Source: a plasmid
Sequence record: NZ_CP072340.1
Length of the DNA: 64,000 bases
Reading direction: 5' to 3' (one strand)
This document shows, piece after piece, positions 50,268 through 60,141 of the stretch; position 1 is the stretch's first letter, and every line of letters begins with the position of its first letter. The translations under genes were made by a program, and so were the position numbers. Under the pieces are notes generated by a model. That model was not told the origin of the DNA. It did no database searches and saw only the letters and a list, made by a program, of their open reading frames with translations.

Positions 50268-50332
50268 AATTAGATATCTGCCATTCTCGTTTCAGATATC
50301 TGGCACAATGGAATTAGATATCTAATTTTACA
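50268..50332. repeat. array of three AGATATCT boxes at exact 22-bp spacing; locus B
   Basis: GATATC at 50273, 50295 and 50317. The third box is the palindrome aattagatatctaatt. Lies upstream of the DUF421 gene and downstream of dnaB. Confidence 0.65.
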
Positions 50333-50586
50333 ATGTCTATCGAATGGCTATTTCATACGGTTTGCATGACTGCCTTCGATGGACTTACAGTAATGAGCAA
50401 ATGGTGGGTAGGAATGGGATTGGTCAGCACACAGAATTGGCTGGTTGGCAAGTACTTTATAAGCGAAAAACTTCCCCCATGCCTTCGTTTATAAAAAATT
50501 TAACACAAAAACGTTATGTATGAAAAAAGGTCTGTTGGGGGAAGTATATAGAATGACAGATAAGCGTCTTAAGTGTCCATTTCGAC

Positions 50587-52107
50587 TTAAAAGTCAGGAT
50601 CGCTGCCTGGTGGTGGCAACGGGTCGTCGTTCATTCGGCTGGCTATGATTTCTCCACCAAACTCGTCAGGCATGGCTGGAGGCAGAATGTCGTTTTCGTC
50701 TGGATTGGAAAAACGTGTATATTCGCCACGGAACGAGAGCAATACGTCGTCGGTAGCGCCTTTGCGGTGCTTGGCTATGATGATTTGTGCCTTGCCGTGC
50801 AAATCGTTTCCTTTTTCGTCCTGAAATATTCGGTAGTATTCCGGTCGATGCACAAAGAGCACCAAGTCGGCATCTTGCTCAATGGCTCCCGATTCGCGCA
50901 GGTCGCTCAGTTGCGGGCGTTTGCCCTCTATGCCGTCGCGCTGCTCCACCGTACGGTTCAGCTGAGAGAGAGCCAGCACTGGTATGTTCAGTTCTTTCGC
51001 CAGTCCTTTTAGCGAACGGCTAATGGTAGACACCTCTTCCTGTCGGCTGTTGAAGCGCATTCCGTTGGCATTCATCAGCTGCAGATAGTCTACCATGAGC
51101 ACTTTTATGCCATGTTCGCGAACCAAGCGGCGGGCTTTGGTGCGAAGCTCAAAAACCGACAGTCCTGGTGTGTCGTCTACATAGATGGGCGCGCCGTCCA
51201 TCTTGCGCAGGTTGTTGTCGAACCGTTCCCAATCGGAGGGGTCCAACTGTCCGCTCAGAATCTTGCTGCCCGATATGGAACAGACGTTAGACAGTAAGCG
51301 GTTTACCAACTGTACGTTGTTCATTTCGAGCGAGAAGAAGGCTACTGGTATGCGATTGTCTATTGCAATGTTCTTGGCAAGGCTGAGGGCAAACGAAGTC
51401 TTACCCATCGCAGGACGCCCCGCAATAATAACAAGGTCGGACGGTTGCCAGCCCGCAGTAATCTTGTCCAACTTGGTGAAACCAGTCGATATCCCCGTCA
51501 AGCCGCCATTCTCCTGGTTATTGGCTGCTTTGAGCAATAGTTCGTGTGCTTGCTTTACAATGGGGTCTATCTGTGTGTACTCTTGCGCCATGTTCTTTTG
51601 CGAGAGTTCGAACAGGCTGCCTTCTGCCTTTTGCATGAGTTCGTCTACGTCGACGGTTTCGTCGAAAGCTGATGTCTCTATCATGGAAGCGAACTGTATG
51701 AGCTGGCGGGCGAGGAATTTCTGGGCTAATATTCTGCCATGATATTCTATGTGTGCCGATGATGCCACGTGCGAGCTCAGCTCTACTATATAGGCTGGTC
51801 CGCCCACTTCTTCCAAGTCTCCGCTGCGTTTCAACTCTTCTGCCACCGTCATAATGTCGACGGGTTTCTCGTGGAGGTTCAACGATTGTATGGCACCATA
51901 TATTTTCTGGTGGCGCGGGTCGTAAAAAGTTTCCGGACGAATTAGCTCCGACACCACCGTAAAGGCGTCGCTGTCAATCATCAAAGCACCGAGCACAACC
52001 TTCTCTATGTCTAACGCCTGGGGTTGTAAATGTCCAAACGATGTATCGATAGGTGCAACATTACGTTTGCGGGTGCTTTTTGCGCTATTACTTTTCTTTT
52101 CTGCCAT
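50587..52107 (-). CDS. dnaB: replicative DNA helicase DnaB
   Basis: DnaB N-terminal domain (LQPQALDIEKVVLGALM) and the RecA-like C-terminus with Walker A GRPAMGKTSFAL. Start placed at MAEKKSN rather than the ORF-track 52164. Confidence 0.88.
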   Translation of the reverse strand: MAEKKSNSAKSTRKRNVAPIDTSFGHLQPQALDIEKVVLGALMIDSDAFTVVSELIRPETFYDPRHQKIYGAIQSLNLHEKPVDIMTVAEELKRSGDLEEVGGPAYIVELSSHVASSAHIEYHGRILAQKFLARQLIQFASMIETSAFDETVDVDELMQKAEGSLFELSQKNMAQEYTQIDPIVKQAHELLLKAANNQENGGLTGISTGFTKLDKITAGWQPSDLVIIAGRPAMGKTSFALSLAKNIAIDNRIPVAFFSLEMNNVQLVNRLLSNVCSISGSKILSGQLDPSDWERFDNNLRKMDGAPIYVDDTPGLSVFELRTKARRLVREHGIKVLMVDYLQLMNANGMRFNSRQEEVSTISRSLKGLAKELNIPVLALSQLNRTVEQRDGIEGKRPQLSDLRESGAIEQDADLVLFVHRPEYYRIFQDEKGNDLHGKAQIIIAKHRKGATDDVLLSFRGEYTRFSNPDENDILPPAMPDEFGGEIIASRMNDDPLPPPGSDPDF

Positions 52108-52296
52108 AACAGCGACAAAAGTAATGAAAAATCTGCAAACTATCGCAACTTTATCCATAATCATTTTCTATCTTTGCAAAAGGTTACTGCCCCAAGAAGC
52201 ACAAAACCTTAAAAAATTGCAGAACGGCGAAGCACTGCAGATTGTCCATGTGGCGAATCGCTTTTATGAATAAAACATAAACGGAAAAAAGAAAGA

Positions 52297-53130
52297 ATGA
52301 TAGTATATCCGAACTGTAAAATAAACTTGGGATTGAAGGTCGTGCGTAAACGCCCTGACGGGTATCACGACCTTGAAACCGTGTTCTACCCTATTCCACT
52401 CTGCGACAAACTCGAAGCCGTGGTGGGCAGCGGGACCGACGGCACGTGTTCGCTCGCCATAAGCGGAAACCCTGTCGATGGGGAACTGTCCGACAACTTG
52501 ATAGTAAAGGCGTATCGCATGCTGTCTGCCGACCATCGGTTGCCCCACATAGATTTCAATTTAGAGAAACACATTCCATCGCAAGCAGGACTTGGCGGAG
52601 GCTCTTCTGATGCAACTTACACGCTCCGATTGCTCAACGGACTGTGCAAGTTGCATCTCGATTCAGCCACGTTGCATCGCTATGCTGCCAGATTGGGTGC
52701 CGACTGCGCCTTCTTTGTTGCTTCAATACCATCTTTTGCCACCGGAATAGGTGATGTGCTCGAACCAATGCACACCGAATGTACACATCTGCACGGACTA
52801 CACTTATTAATAGTAAAGCCTTCCATAGCCATTTCTACCGCACAAGCGTTTGCATTCGTAAAGCCACAGCCAGCTGTAATAAAATGCAGGGACATAGTGG
52901 CACAACCTGTTGGCAGCGAGTGGCGCAAAAATCTTACGAACGATTTCGAGGTGTCGGCATTCAAACTGTATCCGGAATTGCACGCCATAAAAGAAAAACT
53001 TTACAGTATGGGGGCGCGCTATGCACAAATGTCGGGCAGCGGAAGTGCCTTCTTTGGGATTTTTGAAACGTCCCCTACCCTAACACCAGAAACCTTCGGT
53101 GGAATGTTCACGTATCTCTGCAAATTGTAA
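52297..53130 (+). CDS. ispE: 4-diphosphocytidyl-2-C-methyl-D-erythritol kinase
   Basis: N-terminal KINLGLKVV..RPDGYH and the GHMP kinase motif PSQAGLGGGSSDA. Confidence 0.88.
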   Translation: MIVYPNCKINLGLKVVRKRPDGYHDLETVFYPIPLCDKLEAVVGSGTDGTCSLAISGNPVDGELSDNLIVKAYRMLSADHRLPHIDFNLEKHIPSQAGLGGGSSDATYTLRLLNGLCKLHLDSATLHRYAARLGADCAFFVASIPSFATGIGDVLEPMHTECTHLHGLHLLIVKPSIAISTAQAFAFVKPQPAVIKCRDIVAQPVGSEWRKNLTNDFEVSAFKLYPELHAIKEKLYSMGARYAQMSGSGSAFFGIFETSPTLTPETFGGMFTYLCKL

Positions 53131-53692
53131 AAGTTCCTGCTTTGGCAAATAATAACTGCATAAATACTTATAAATGCTTGATATATATCATTTAATCACA
53201 CTGTAACTGAAAATATGCAGGGCAATATTTGGAAGTATCAGAAATACTTTCTTTCTTTGCAAAAAGAATAAACGAGATAGTTTAGATTAGATTTAGAATA
53301 TCGATTGTTTAGGTTATAAAGATTAGTTGTTTAAGTTAAAGAAAGTATTTAGGCTCAGTAGGAGGAATTTTAAGGTAAGAGATTTGTTAAGACAGGATAC
53401 AACATTTTGAGGCGAGATTTTGGTTAGACACCGTGAGATGTCAGCCACAATCGAGCTCAATGAAAAGATTTTTTAGTTTTAAGTTATGAGCACGGTCTTG
53501 ACCGTGCTTTTATTTTGCACTATAAAGTAGTGTCATGGTGGAATTTCGGTGGTAACAGTTCTTGTCATTGCATTGCGTTTCTTCTCTTTGAACAGTAACG
53601 TATTACGACCGCTGTTCTACACAAAACTCGAAAAAAAAACTTAATTTGAAAGAATATGTCAGCATTTTCTTTGTCAGTTTAGAATATTTTTG

Positions 53693-53700
53693 TAATTTTG
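53693..53700 (+). promoter_or_regulatory. -7 element TAATTTTG for the rpmB-rpmG-DUF4295 operon
   Basis: TAnnTTTG 52 bp upstream of the rpmB ATG. Confidence 0.5.
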
Positions 53701-53752
53701 CAACCTGTTTGGAATAGGTATCAATTAACGAATTACAAAACTACAGATAGAA

Positions 53753-54016
53753 ATGTCTAAGATTTGTCAAATCACAGGTAAGAAGGCACAGATAGGTTGT
53801 AATGTGTCCCACTCAAAGCATCGCACGAAACGCAGCTTTGACGTAAACCTCTTTAGAAAAAAGTTCTTCTACGTAGAAGAGAACTGCTGGATATCGTTGA
53901 AGATTAGTGCTGCTGGTCTTCGCACAATTAACAAGTTAGGCTTAGACCGTGCGTTGAAGCAAGCTGTGTCCAAAGGTTATGTAGACTGGAAGGACATTAA
54001 AGTTATAGGAGACTAA
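53753..54016 (+). CDS. rpmB: 50S ribosomal protein L28
   Basis: [27 protein letters not shown] matches the L28 N-terminus. Confidence 0.85.
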   Translation: MSKICQITGKKAQIGCNVSHSKHRTKRSFDVNLFRKKFFYVEENCWISLKISAAGLRTINKLGLDRALKQAVSKGYVDWKDIKVIGD

Positions 54017-54020
54017 TATC

Positions 54021-54209
54021 ATGGCAAAGAAAGCTAAAGGAAACAGAGTTCAGGTTATCTTGGAATGTACTGAAATGAAGAGTAGCGGTCTGCCTGGTAC
54101 AAGCCGTTATATAACAACAAAGAATCGTAAAAATACTGCTGAGCGTTTGGAACTTAAGAAGTATAATCCGATTCTTAAGAAGATGACTCTTCACAAGGAG
54201 ATTAAGTAA
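54021..54209 (+). CDS. rpmG: 50S ribosomal protein L33
   Basis: 62 aa, lysine-rich L33 pattern, immediately after rpmB. Confidence 0.85.
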   Translation: MAKKAKGNRVQVILECTEMKSSGLPGTSRYITTKNRKNTAERLELKKYNPILKKMTLHKEIK

Positions 54210-54242
54210 GCACGTAAATTAATAGTTAGATTATATTAGACT

Positions 54243-54401
54243 ATGGCAAAGAAAGCGGTCGCTACCCTCCATGAAGGCTCAACGGATGGTCGCGCATATA
54301 CAAAAGTAATAAAGATGGTGAAGAGTCCTAAGACTGGCGCATATATTTTCGATGAGAGAATGGTGCCAAACGAAGATGTAAAGGACTTCTTTAAGAACTA
54401 A
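54243..54401 (+). CDS. DUF4295-family small protein (52 aa), the usual third gene of the Bacteroidetes rpmB-rpmG operon
   Basis: Hand translation: MAKKAVATLHEGSTDGRAYTKVIKMVKSPKTGAYIFDERMVPNEDVKDFFKN. Not in the ORF track (under 60 aa). Followed by a terminator. Confidence 0.7.
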   Translation: MAKKAVATLHEGSTDGRAYTKVIKMVKSPKTGAYIFDERMVPNEDVKDFFKN

Positions 54402-54424
54402 TTGGTCATATTTTTTTAAGTTAT

Positions 54425-54463
54425 GAAAAGGGAAATGCAATGTATTGCTTTTCCCTTTTTCTT
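54425..54463 (+). terminator. rho-independent terminator of the rpmB operon
   Basis: gaaaaggga-aatgcaatgtattgct-tttcccttttt. Confidence 0.55.
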
Positions 54464-54570
54464 TTGCGGCTTATAAATTCTATAGAAACTAAAATACATA
54501 GAACACCTATACCTCCGATAACTCTTAGGAATACTACAGCGCCTATAAACACCGAAACTCCCCAGAACTC

Positions 54571-55950
54571 TTATCCAAACAACAAGCGTAATGCCTCATC
54601 AACTTTAGCAACAGAATGTGTTGCAATTTTAAAACGACCTTTTAGCCCTTGTGCATTGTTCTTTGGGATAATGATATTACTAAATCCTAATTTCTCGGCT
54701 TCGGCTATGCGTTGTTCAATACGGTTAACCGGGCGGACTTCGCCACTCAATCCAACCTCTCCAGCCATACACCACCCCGCTTCGATAGGTGTATCCACAT
54801 TCGACGACAACACTGCAGCAATCACACTCAAATCCATAGCCATATCTGTAATGCGCAGACCACCGGCAATATTCAGAAACACGTCTTTTTGCATTAGCTT
54901 AAATCCTACACGCTTTTCGAGTACAGCAAGCAACATATTCAGCCGACGCTGATCGAACCCCGTCGTCGAACGCTGTGGAGTGCCATAGGCTGCCGACGAA
55001 ACAAGCGCCTGAGTCTCTACAAGGAAAGGGCGCACCCCTTCGATAGCACTTGATATGGCTACACCCGACAAATCACCAGGAGTATCGGTAAGCAACAACT
55101 CCGAAGGGTTGCTAACCGGTCGCAACCCATCTTGGCGCATCTCGTATATCCCTAATTCGGAAGTAGAGCCAAAGCGGTTCTTTATACTACGCAGAATACG
55201 ATACATATAGTGCTGGTCTCCCTCGAATTGCAGCACTGTGTCTACAATATGTTCCAACACTTTCGGTCCTGCAATAGAGCCTTCCTTGTTAATATGCCCG
55301 ATAAGAATGACGGGAATATCGCTCGATTTCGCCAATTGCAACAATGCAGCAGCACTTTCCCGTATCTGGGAAATACTCCCTGCACTACTCGCAACCGTTT
55401 CCGTGGCAACCGTTTGTATAGAATCTATTACTAAAAGTTCAGGCTTAACTTCTTTAATGCTGTTGAATATCTTCTCTATTGATGTTTCAGACAATATTAC
55501 AATGTTTTCTGGAATAGTATCTGAAATGCGTAAAGCTCTCATTTTTATCTGCTGTGGACTCTCTTCTCCGCTTACATAGAGCACTCTGCGGTCGGAAGAC
55601 AACAGCGTCTGAAGCGTTAAAGTACTCTTCCCTATCCCGGGTTCGCCACCTATTAACACCATGCTTCCCACAACGAGTCCTCCCCCAAGCACACGATTCA
55701 GTTCGCTGTCTTTCATATCAACACGGATCTCCTCGGTCGAAGAAACTTCTCTAAGTGCTTGTGGCACATTCTGTTTCATGGCACCAAATGTATGAGAGAC
55801 AAGTGTCTTCGCACTGCTCACGCCCACATCTGGAGCTATCCTGATTTGCTTGAATGTGTTCCACTGTCCACAATTAGGACATCTCCCTATCCACTTCGCG
55901 CTTTCCTGTCCACAGTTGTCGCAGACGTATGCTATTTTGTCTTTTGCCAT
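54571..55950 (-). CDS. radA: DNA repair protein RadA (Sms)
   Basis: N-terminal zinc ribbon CDNCGQESAKWIGRCPNCGQW, RecA-like Walker A GEPGIGKST, KNRFG motif, and a Lon-like C-terminus. Confidence 0.9.
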   Translation of the reverse strand: MAKDKIAYVCDNCGQESAKWIGRCPNCGQWNTFKQIRIAPDVGVSSAKTLVSHTFGAMKQNVPQALREVSSTEEIRVDMKDSELNRVLGGGLVVGSMVLIGGEPGIGKSTLTLQTLLSSDRRVLYVSGEESPQQIKMRALRISDTIPENIVILSETSIEKIFNSIKEVKPELLVIDSIQTVATETVASSAGSISQIRESAAALLQLAKSSDIPVILIGHINKEGSIAGPKVLEHIVDTVLQFEGDQHYMYRILRSIKNRFGSTSELGIYEMRQDGLRPVSNPSELLLTDTPGDLSGVAISSAIEGVRPFLVETQALVSSAAYGTPQRSTTGFDQRRLNMLLAVLEKRVGFKLMQKDVFLNIAGGLRITDMAMDLSVIAAVLSSNVDTPIEAGWCMAGEVGLSGEVRPVNRIEQRIAEAEKLGFSNIIIPKNNAQGLKGRFKIATHSVAKVDEALRLLFG

Positions 55951-56005
55951 AATTATAGCACAAAAGTAGCATTTTCTTTCGTTATTACAAAATTATTAAT
56001 TACTT

Positions 56006-56920
56006 TTGCAACATAAGATTATGTGTAGAATAAAGTATTTATTGCTTCTCGCAGCTCTTGTCATCATGGGCTGTCAGGTATCCGAACAAGACGATTCGCT
56101 TATTGAGAAGCGCAAGAACAAAGTGGAAGAGGTGGCATACCAGCGAGCTTTTAAGGTTGGTGTTATGCCAACTATGGACTGTCTGCCTATTTTCCTGCTC
56201 AAGGACAGTGTACTTTACAATCCCGACGACATTGATATCCGACTAAGAGAATATACCTCTCAGCGCGATTGCGACACTGCAATGATAAATGGCAGAGTAC
56301 AGGCTTCAGTAACAGATTTGGTTCAGGCTGAATATCTAAAGGAAGAGAAGCATGCCGTACTCGACTATATGACTGAAACAAATGCAACGTGGCAACTTAT
56401 GGCAACGCCAACCTCTGGTATCAGGAAGATCGAAGACTTAGGCGACAAGGTCATAGGACTGGCTTCCAACTCTGTTACCCAATATCTCACAATACAAGTT
56501 CTCTGTAGCCACCCGATTAAGAACCGAACCTACGGCTCGCAAATAAACGATATCTTCATTCGCATGCAAATGTTACGCAACAGTCAGTTAGATGCCATCT
56601 GGACAAGCGAACCACAGACCACACAGGCTAAAATATTAGGCAATAAAGAGATATACAATTCTACAAAAGAAGACTTCACTCCTGGAGCCATTGTCTTTGT
56701 AAATGCACCCAAAATAGCGAAACGAAAAGCTTTTGAAGACGCTTACAACAAAGCAGTAGACATGATAAATCGTCATCCGCTGCAATACTTTGCACCATTA
56801 ATAAAGAAATACATGCGGGTAGACGACAAGGTAATCTCTGCCTTGCCTAAAATGCTATATAAGCAGGTTACGCAACCTCGCCAAAGAGATATTGTAAAGG
56901 CACAAAATGCGATAATGTAA
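56006..56920 (+). CDS. lipoprotein, possibly a periplasmic substrate-binding-like (NMT1/SsuA fold) protein
   Basis: Lipobox LVIMGC. The weak resemblance to SsuA/NMT1-type binding proteins is inferred from pattern only. Confidence 0.4.
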   Translation: MQHKIMCRIKYLLLLAALVIMGCQVSEQDDSLIEKRKNKVEEVAYQRAFKVGVMPTMDCLPIFLLKDSVLYNPDDIDIRLREYTSQRDCDTAMINGRVQASVTDLVQAEYLKEEKHAVLDYMTETNATWQLMATPTSGIRKIEDLGDKVIGLASNSVTQYLTIQVLCSHPIKNRTYGSQINDIFIRMQMLRNSQLDAIWTSEPQTTQAKILGNKEIYNSTKEDFTPGAIVFVNAPKIAKRKAFEDAYNKAVDMINRHPLQYFAPLIKKYMRVDDKVISALPKMLYKQVTQPRQRDIVKAQNAIM

Positions 56921-57138
56921 TTGGCTTCGAATGTAGCCCTACCTATCTACTTCAAGCTAAGAAATAGTACAACCTATTGTAACACAGCAAAATGGGTGTA
57001 GTAAGATACAGAGAGAGAATATTTTTATAAATAGGAATAAAAACTATACAACAAACCAAAAGAGACGAGTTTAAAAATAGAAACAACGAGTATTGCGATA
57101 TAGAGACATTTAACTTAGCGGCATAAAGAATATAAATA

Positions 57139-59301
57139 TTGAACACAGAAACGAATATAAACAGTGCTTTAGAACTATTGAGCACCAGACAATTAGACAA
57201 AGCCATCAAGGTGTTGCAACCCATATACGATGGCAAGCCCTCGTTAGTGGACTACAATGAGTATATGGCTATTGTCAACGACTACCACTTGATGTGCGAG
57301 TATATGCTGCGAGGTGTAAAAGACCCTGCCCGAGAAAAGCTTTATGTCTCGCTTATGGAACGACTCTATCGAGTATCAGCTAACCTGCTGTTAAGCTGGA
57401 GGTGCAAGAACAAGCCTACTTTCATAGATGCTTTCAGTACTTCCGACCATCTCAACCTTAGTCATAATTTCGTGCGTACTGTCTTGGAGAGCTTTGTTTC
57501 TGATGTCGCAATGCTCTCGTTGGCCTCTGGGAACGAACGAAATGCCAAAGAAACAGAACTTTACAAGCGACATCAAACTTTCGTAGAACGACTTTTCTGT
57601 GCACTTCTCGTGTCAAGCCAGTGGTCGGAAAGCGATGCAACGTTCTATATCAGTCTTCTAACCTCGCCTACCATCGATGCATCAGACCAGATGCTTATCG
57701 TCAGTGCAATCACCCTTTCTACGATGTCTATCTACGATGTGAAGAAATTCTATACACTCGTAGAGGTCTATCGACACGCTCACGACACAAAAGTCCGTCA
57801 GCGTTCATTGGTCGGCTGTGTGCTGTCGCTCACCGACAACCAGCTCTTCAAAAAGGAACAAAGAACACTTGTGAACAGTTTCATAACAACAAAAGAGGCT
57901 AAACGTGAGCTTTTGAACTTGCAGAAGCAGATGTTCAACTGTATGGAAGCAGATCGCGATAACGACAAAATACAACGCGACATTATGCCAAACATCATAA
58001 AGAACTCCGATCTGCATTTCGATAGATTTGGCATAAGTGAAAAAGAAAGTAATCCATTGGAGAACATTTTGCACCCCGATGCCGACGAACAGAAGATGGA
58101 GAAGATGGAAGAGAGCATTCAGAAGATGATGAAAATGCAGCAGCAGGGATCCGACATATATTTCGGAGGTTTCAGCAAGATGAAACGCTTCCCCTTCTTC
58201 GACCACATTGCCAATTGGTTCATGCCTTTCAGTGCACACCACCCAGGCTTGGAAGAGGTGGCACAAAAGCTTGGCGATGGCTCGCTGCTCGACCGATTGG
58301 CTGGACAGGACCCTTTCTGCGAATCGGACAAATATTCGCTTGCCCTCACCATTGCACAGATAGTCAACCAGCTGCCGCCTAATATCTTGGAACTTATTAA
58401 GTCGGGCGAAGGCATCGGGCTGCCTGACATGCAACCCATAGACTACTCGCCTGCTTTTGTACGTCGTATGTACATACAGGATTTGTATCGCTTTTTCGAG
58501 GTGAAGATGGCATTCAATAAGGACATTCCCAACCCTTTCAAAGCCGACGGCGACTATAAGGCATTCTTCATGTTGCACGATTTGTTTGTAAAAGACTTCT
58601 ATGTCGATGCAAAAGAATCGTTGGCAATGTTCCTGTACAAGCACAAAAGAGAGGCTGATATAGAGAAACTCACTGGAACTTATCAAAGCGATTCGGCAAT
58701 GTACCGTATGTTTAGAGGTATAGAAGCTGTCAGAAAGGGGAACGAGGGCGAAGCATTAGAACACTTTGCAGTAGCCGTTGGGTTAGAGCCAGACAATGTT
58801 TTGCTGCTCCGAACAGTTGGGGCAGTTGTTTTACGCCGTAGAGGTTATGGCATTGCCATCATCTGTTACAACAAGTTGTGCGAACTGGAGCCCGACGTTA
58901 AAGCCTACGCCATCAACCAATGTCTTTGTTTAGCAGCTACTGGCGATACCAAGACGGCTGTGAACAAGGCGTATGAGCTTAATTTGAATAACGAATCCGA
59001 CAACCAGGTAAAACGTCTTTTAGCGTGGGTACTTATTTGTAATGGCAATGCCGAAAAGGCACTAAACATCTACGATGAACTTATGGCTACCGACAAACAG
59101 CCCGACGATGCACTCAATATAGCATACGCACAGTGGATAAATGGCAACCCAGGCGAAGCCAAGAATAGTTTCACAGAATGGCTAATCAACCACCCCGGTG
59201 CCAATTTGGAGCACGAATTTAAGAATGATGACTACGTTTTCAATCTCAACGGTATTACAGACGTAGACCGAGCACTTATGTTGAGTGCCATCAACATGTA
59301 A
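57139..59301 (+). CDS. hypothetical cytoplasmic protein with a C-terminal TPR-like region (720 aa)
   Basis: Long ORF beginning at a TTG just after an in-frame stop; the true start may be the downstream ATG. The C-terminal ~200 aa have TPR-like periodicity. Confidence 0.5.
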   Translation: MNTETNINSALELLSTRQLDKAIKVLQPIYDGKPSLVDYNEYMAIVNDYHLMCEYMLRGVKDPAREKLYVSLMERLYRVSANLLLSWRCKNKPTFIDAFSTSDHLNLSHNFVRTVLESFVSDVAMLSLASGNERNAKETELYKRHQTFVERLFCALLVSSQWSESDATFYISLLTSPTIDASDQMLIVSAITLSTMSIYDVKKFYTLVEVYRHAHDTKVRQRSLVGCVLSLTDNQLFKKEQRTLVNSFITTKEAKRELLNLQKQMFNCMEADRDNDKIQRDIMPNIIKNSDLHFDRFGISEKESNPLENILHPDADEQKMEKMEESIQKMMKMQQQGSDIYFGGFSKMKRFPFFDHIANWFMPFSAHHPGLEEVAQKLGDGSLLDRLAGQDPFCESDKYSLALTIAQIVNQLPPNILELIKSGEGIGLPDMQPIDYSPAFVRRMYIQDLYRFFEVKMAFNKDIPNPFKADGDYKAFFMLHDLFVKDFYVDAKESLAMFLYKHKREADIEKLTGTYQSDSAMYRMFRGIEAVRKGNEGEALEHFAVAVGLEPDNVLLLRTVGAVVLRRRGYGIAIICYNKLCELEPDVKAYAINQCLCLAATGDTKTAVNKAYELNLNNESDNQVKRLLAWVLICNGNAEKALNIYDELMATDKQPDDALNIAYAQWINGNPGEAKNSFTEWLINHPGANLEHEFKNDDYVFNLNGITDVDRALMLSAINM

Positions 59302-59402
59302 TTTCCGCCAGGCAAAAAGCAACAACTTTTTTCTATGTATTGCCCTACATTACACCTTATTATATATAAGGCAGAAATCATACCATCATACGCACACTAA
59401 AA

Positions 59403-59440
59403 ATTAGATATCAGTCACGCTTGTTTTAGATATCTAATTT
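59403..59440. repeat. two TTAGATATC boxes at 22-bp spacing; locus C
   Basis: GATATC at 59407 and 59429. aaattagatatcagtcacgcttgttttagatatctaatttt is near-identical to locus A. Confidence 0.65.
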
Positions 59441-60141
59441 TTTTTTATTCTGTTCATTTACATTACCTTTTTTAGGCTCTTCAGTTAAATGCGTAGATGC
59501 CTATCATGTAGAGCATATAGCTTTAATGTGAAGAACTCATCATTTCCAAAAGTTTTATGCATTATGCTGGCATTCATATTTTGGTTTTTTATTCACTACA
59601 GAGACATATAATGCCATCATTTTTTCAAATATTATAAGCCTCCCATTATCTACGTATTTAACGGAAAAACCTACAAAACATTATCTGTCACGCACAAATT
59701 AGACATCAAAATCGTCATTCATTATATTTTCTCAAATACTATTTTGCAGATACGGATAATTTTACATACCTTTGCACAAGATATCATAAATATAAGTTGT
59801 GTGCCATAAAGAGTTAAATAACGTGGGAGTATATCTTTATTCACGAGATTATAAAGATAGAGATGAATTACAGGGGAGCAGAGATTTTCATGTAAATTAT
59901 GGTGCTTTGTATTTGGTCAGAATCAATATTTTATTTAAATCCTTATCTGAATATTTTTATGCACATATATGTGCGAAGAACATTGTGCCACCCCTAACAG
60001 GAGAAGGACTTTGATATTCTGTCTTGTTTATCGTGTCTGTTACTTTATCTACAGGAATATTAGGAAAAAAATGCTTTAATAGTTGCTTTTTTTTTAATAA
60101 AGAGTTATAAAATCAGAAGATAAAATATATAAATTTTAATT

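Noticed and set aside
59799-60014. 71-aa ORF starting at a GTG just downstream of a TACCTTTG promoter
   Set aside because: No motif and very AT-rich. It may be a real small protein or simply 5' leader of the 60142 operon, so it is left uncalled.
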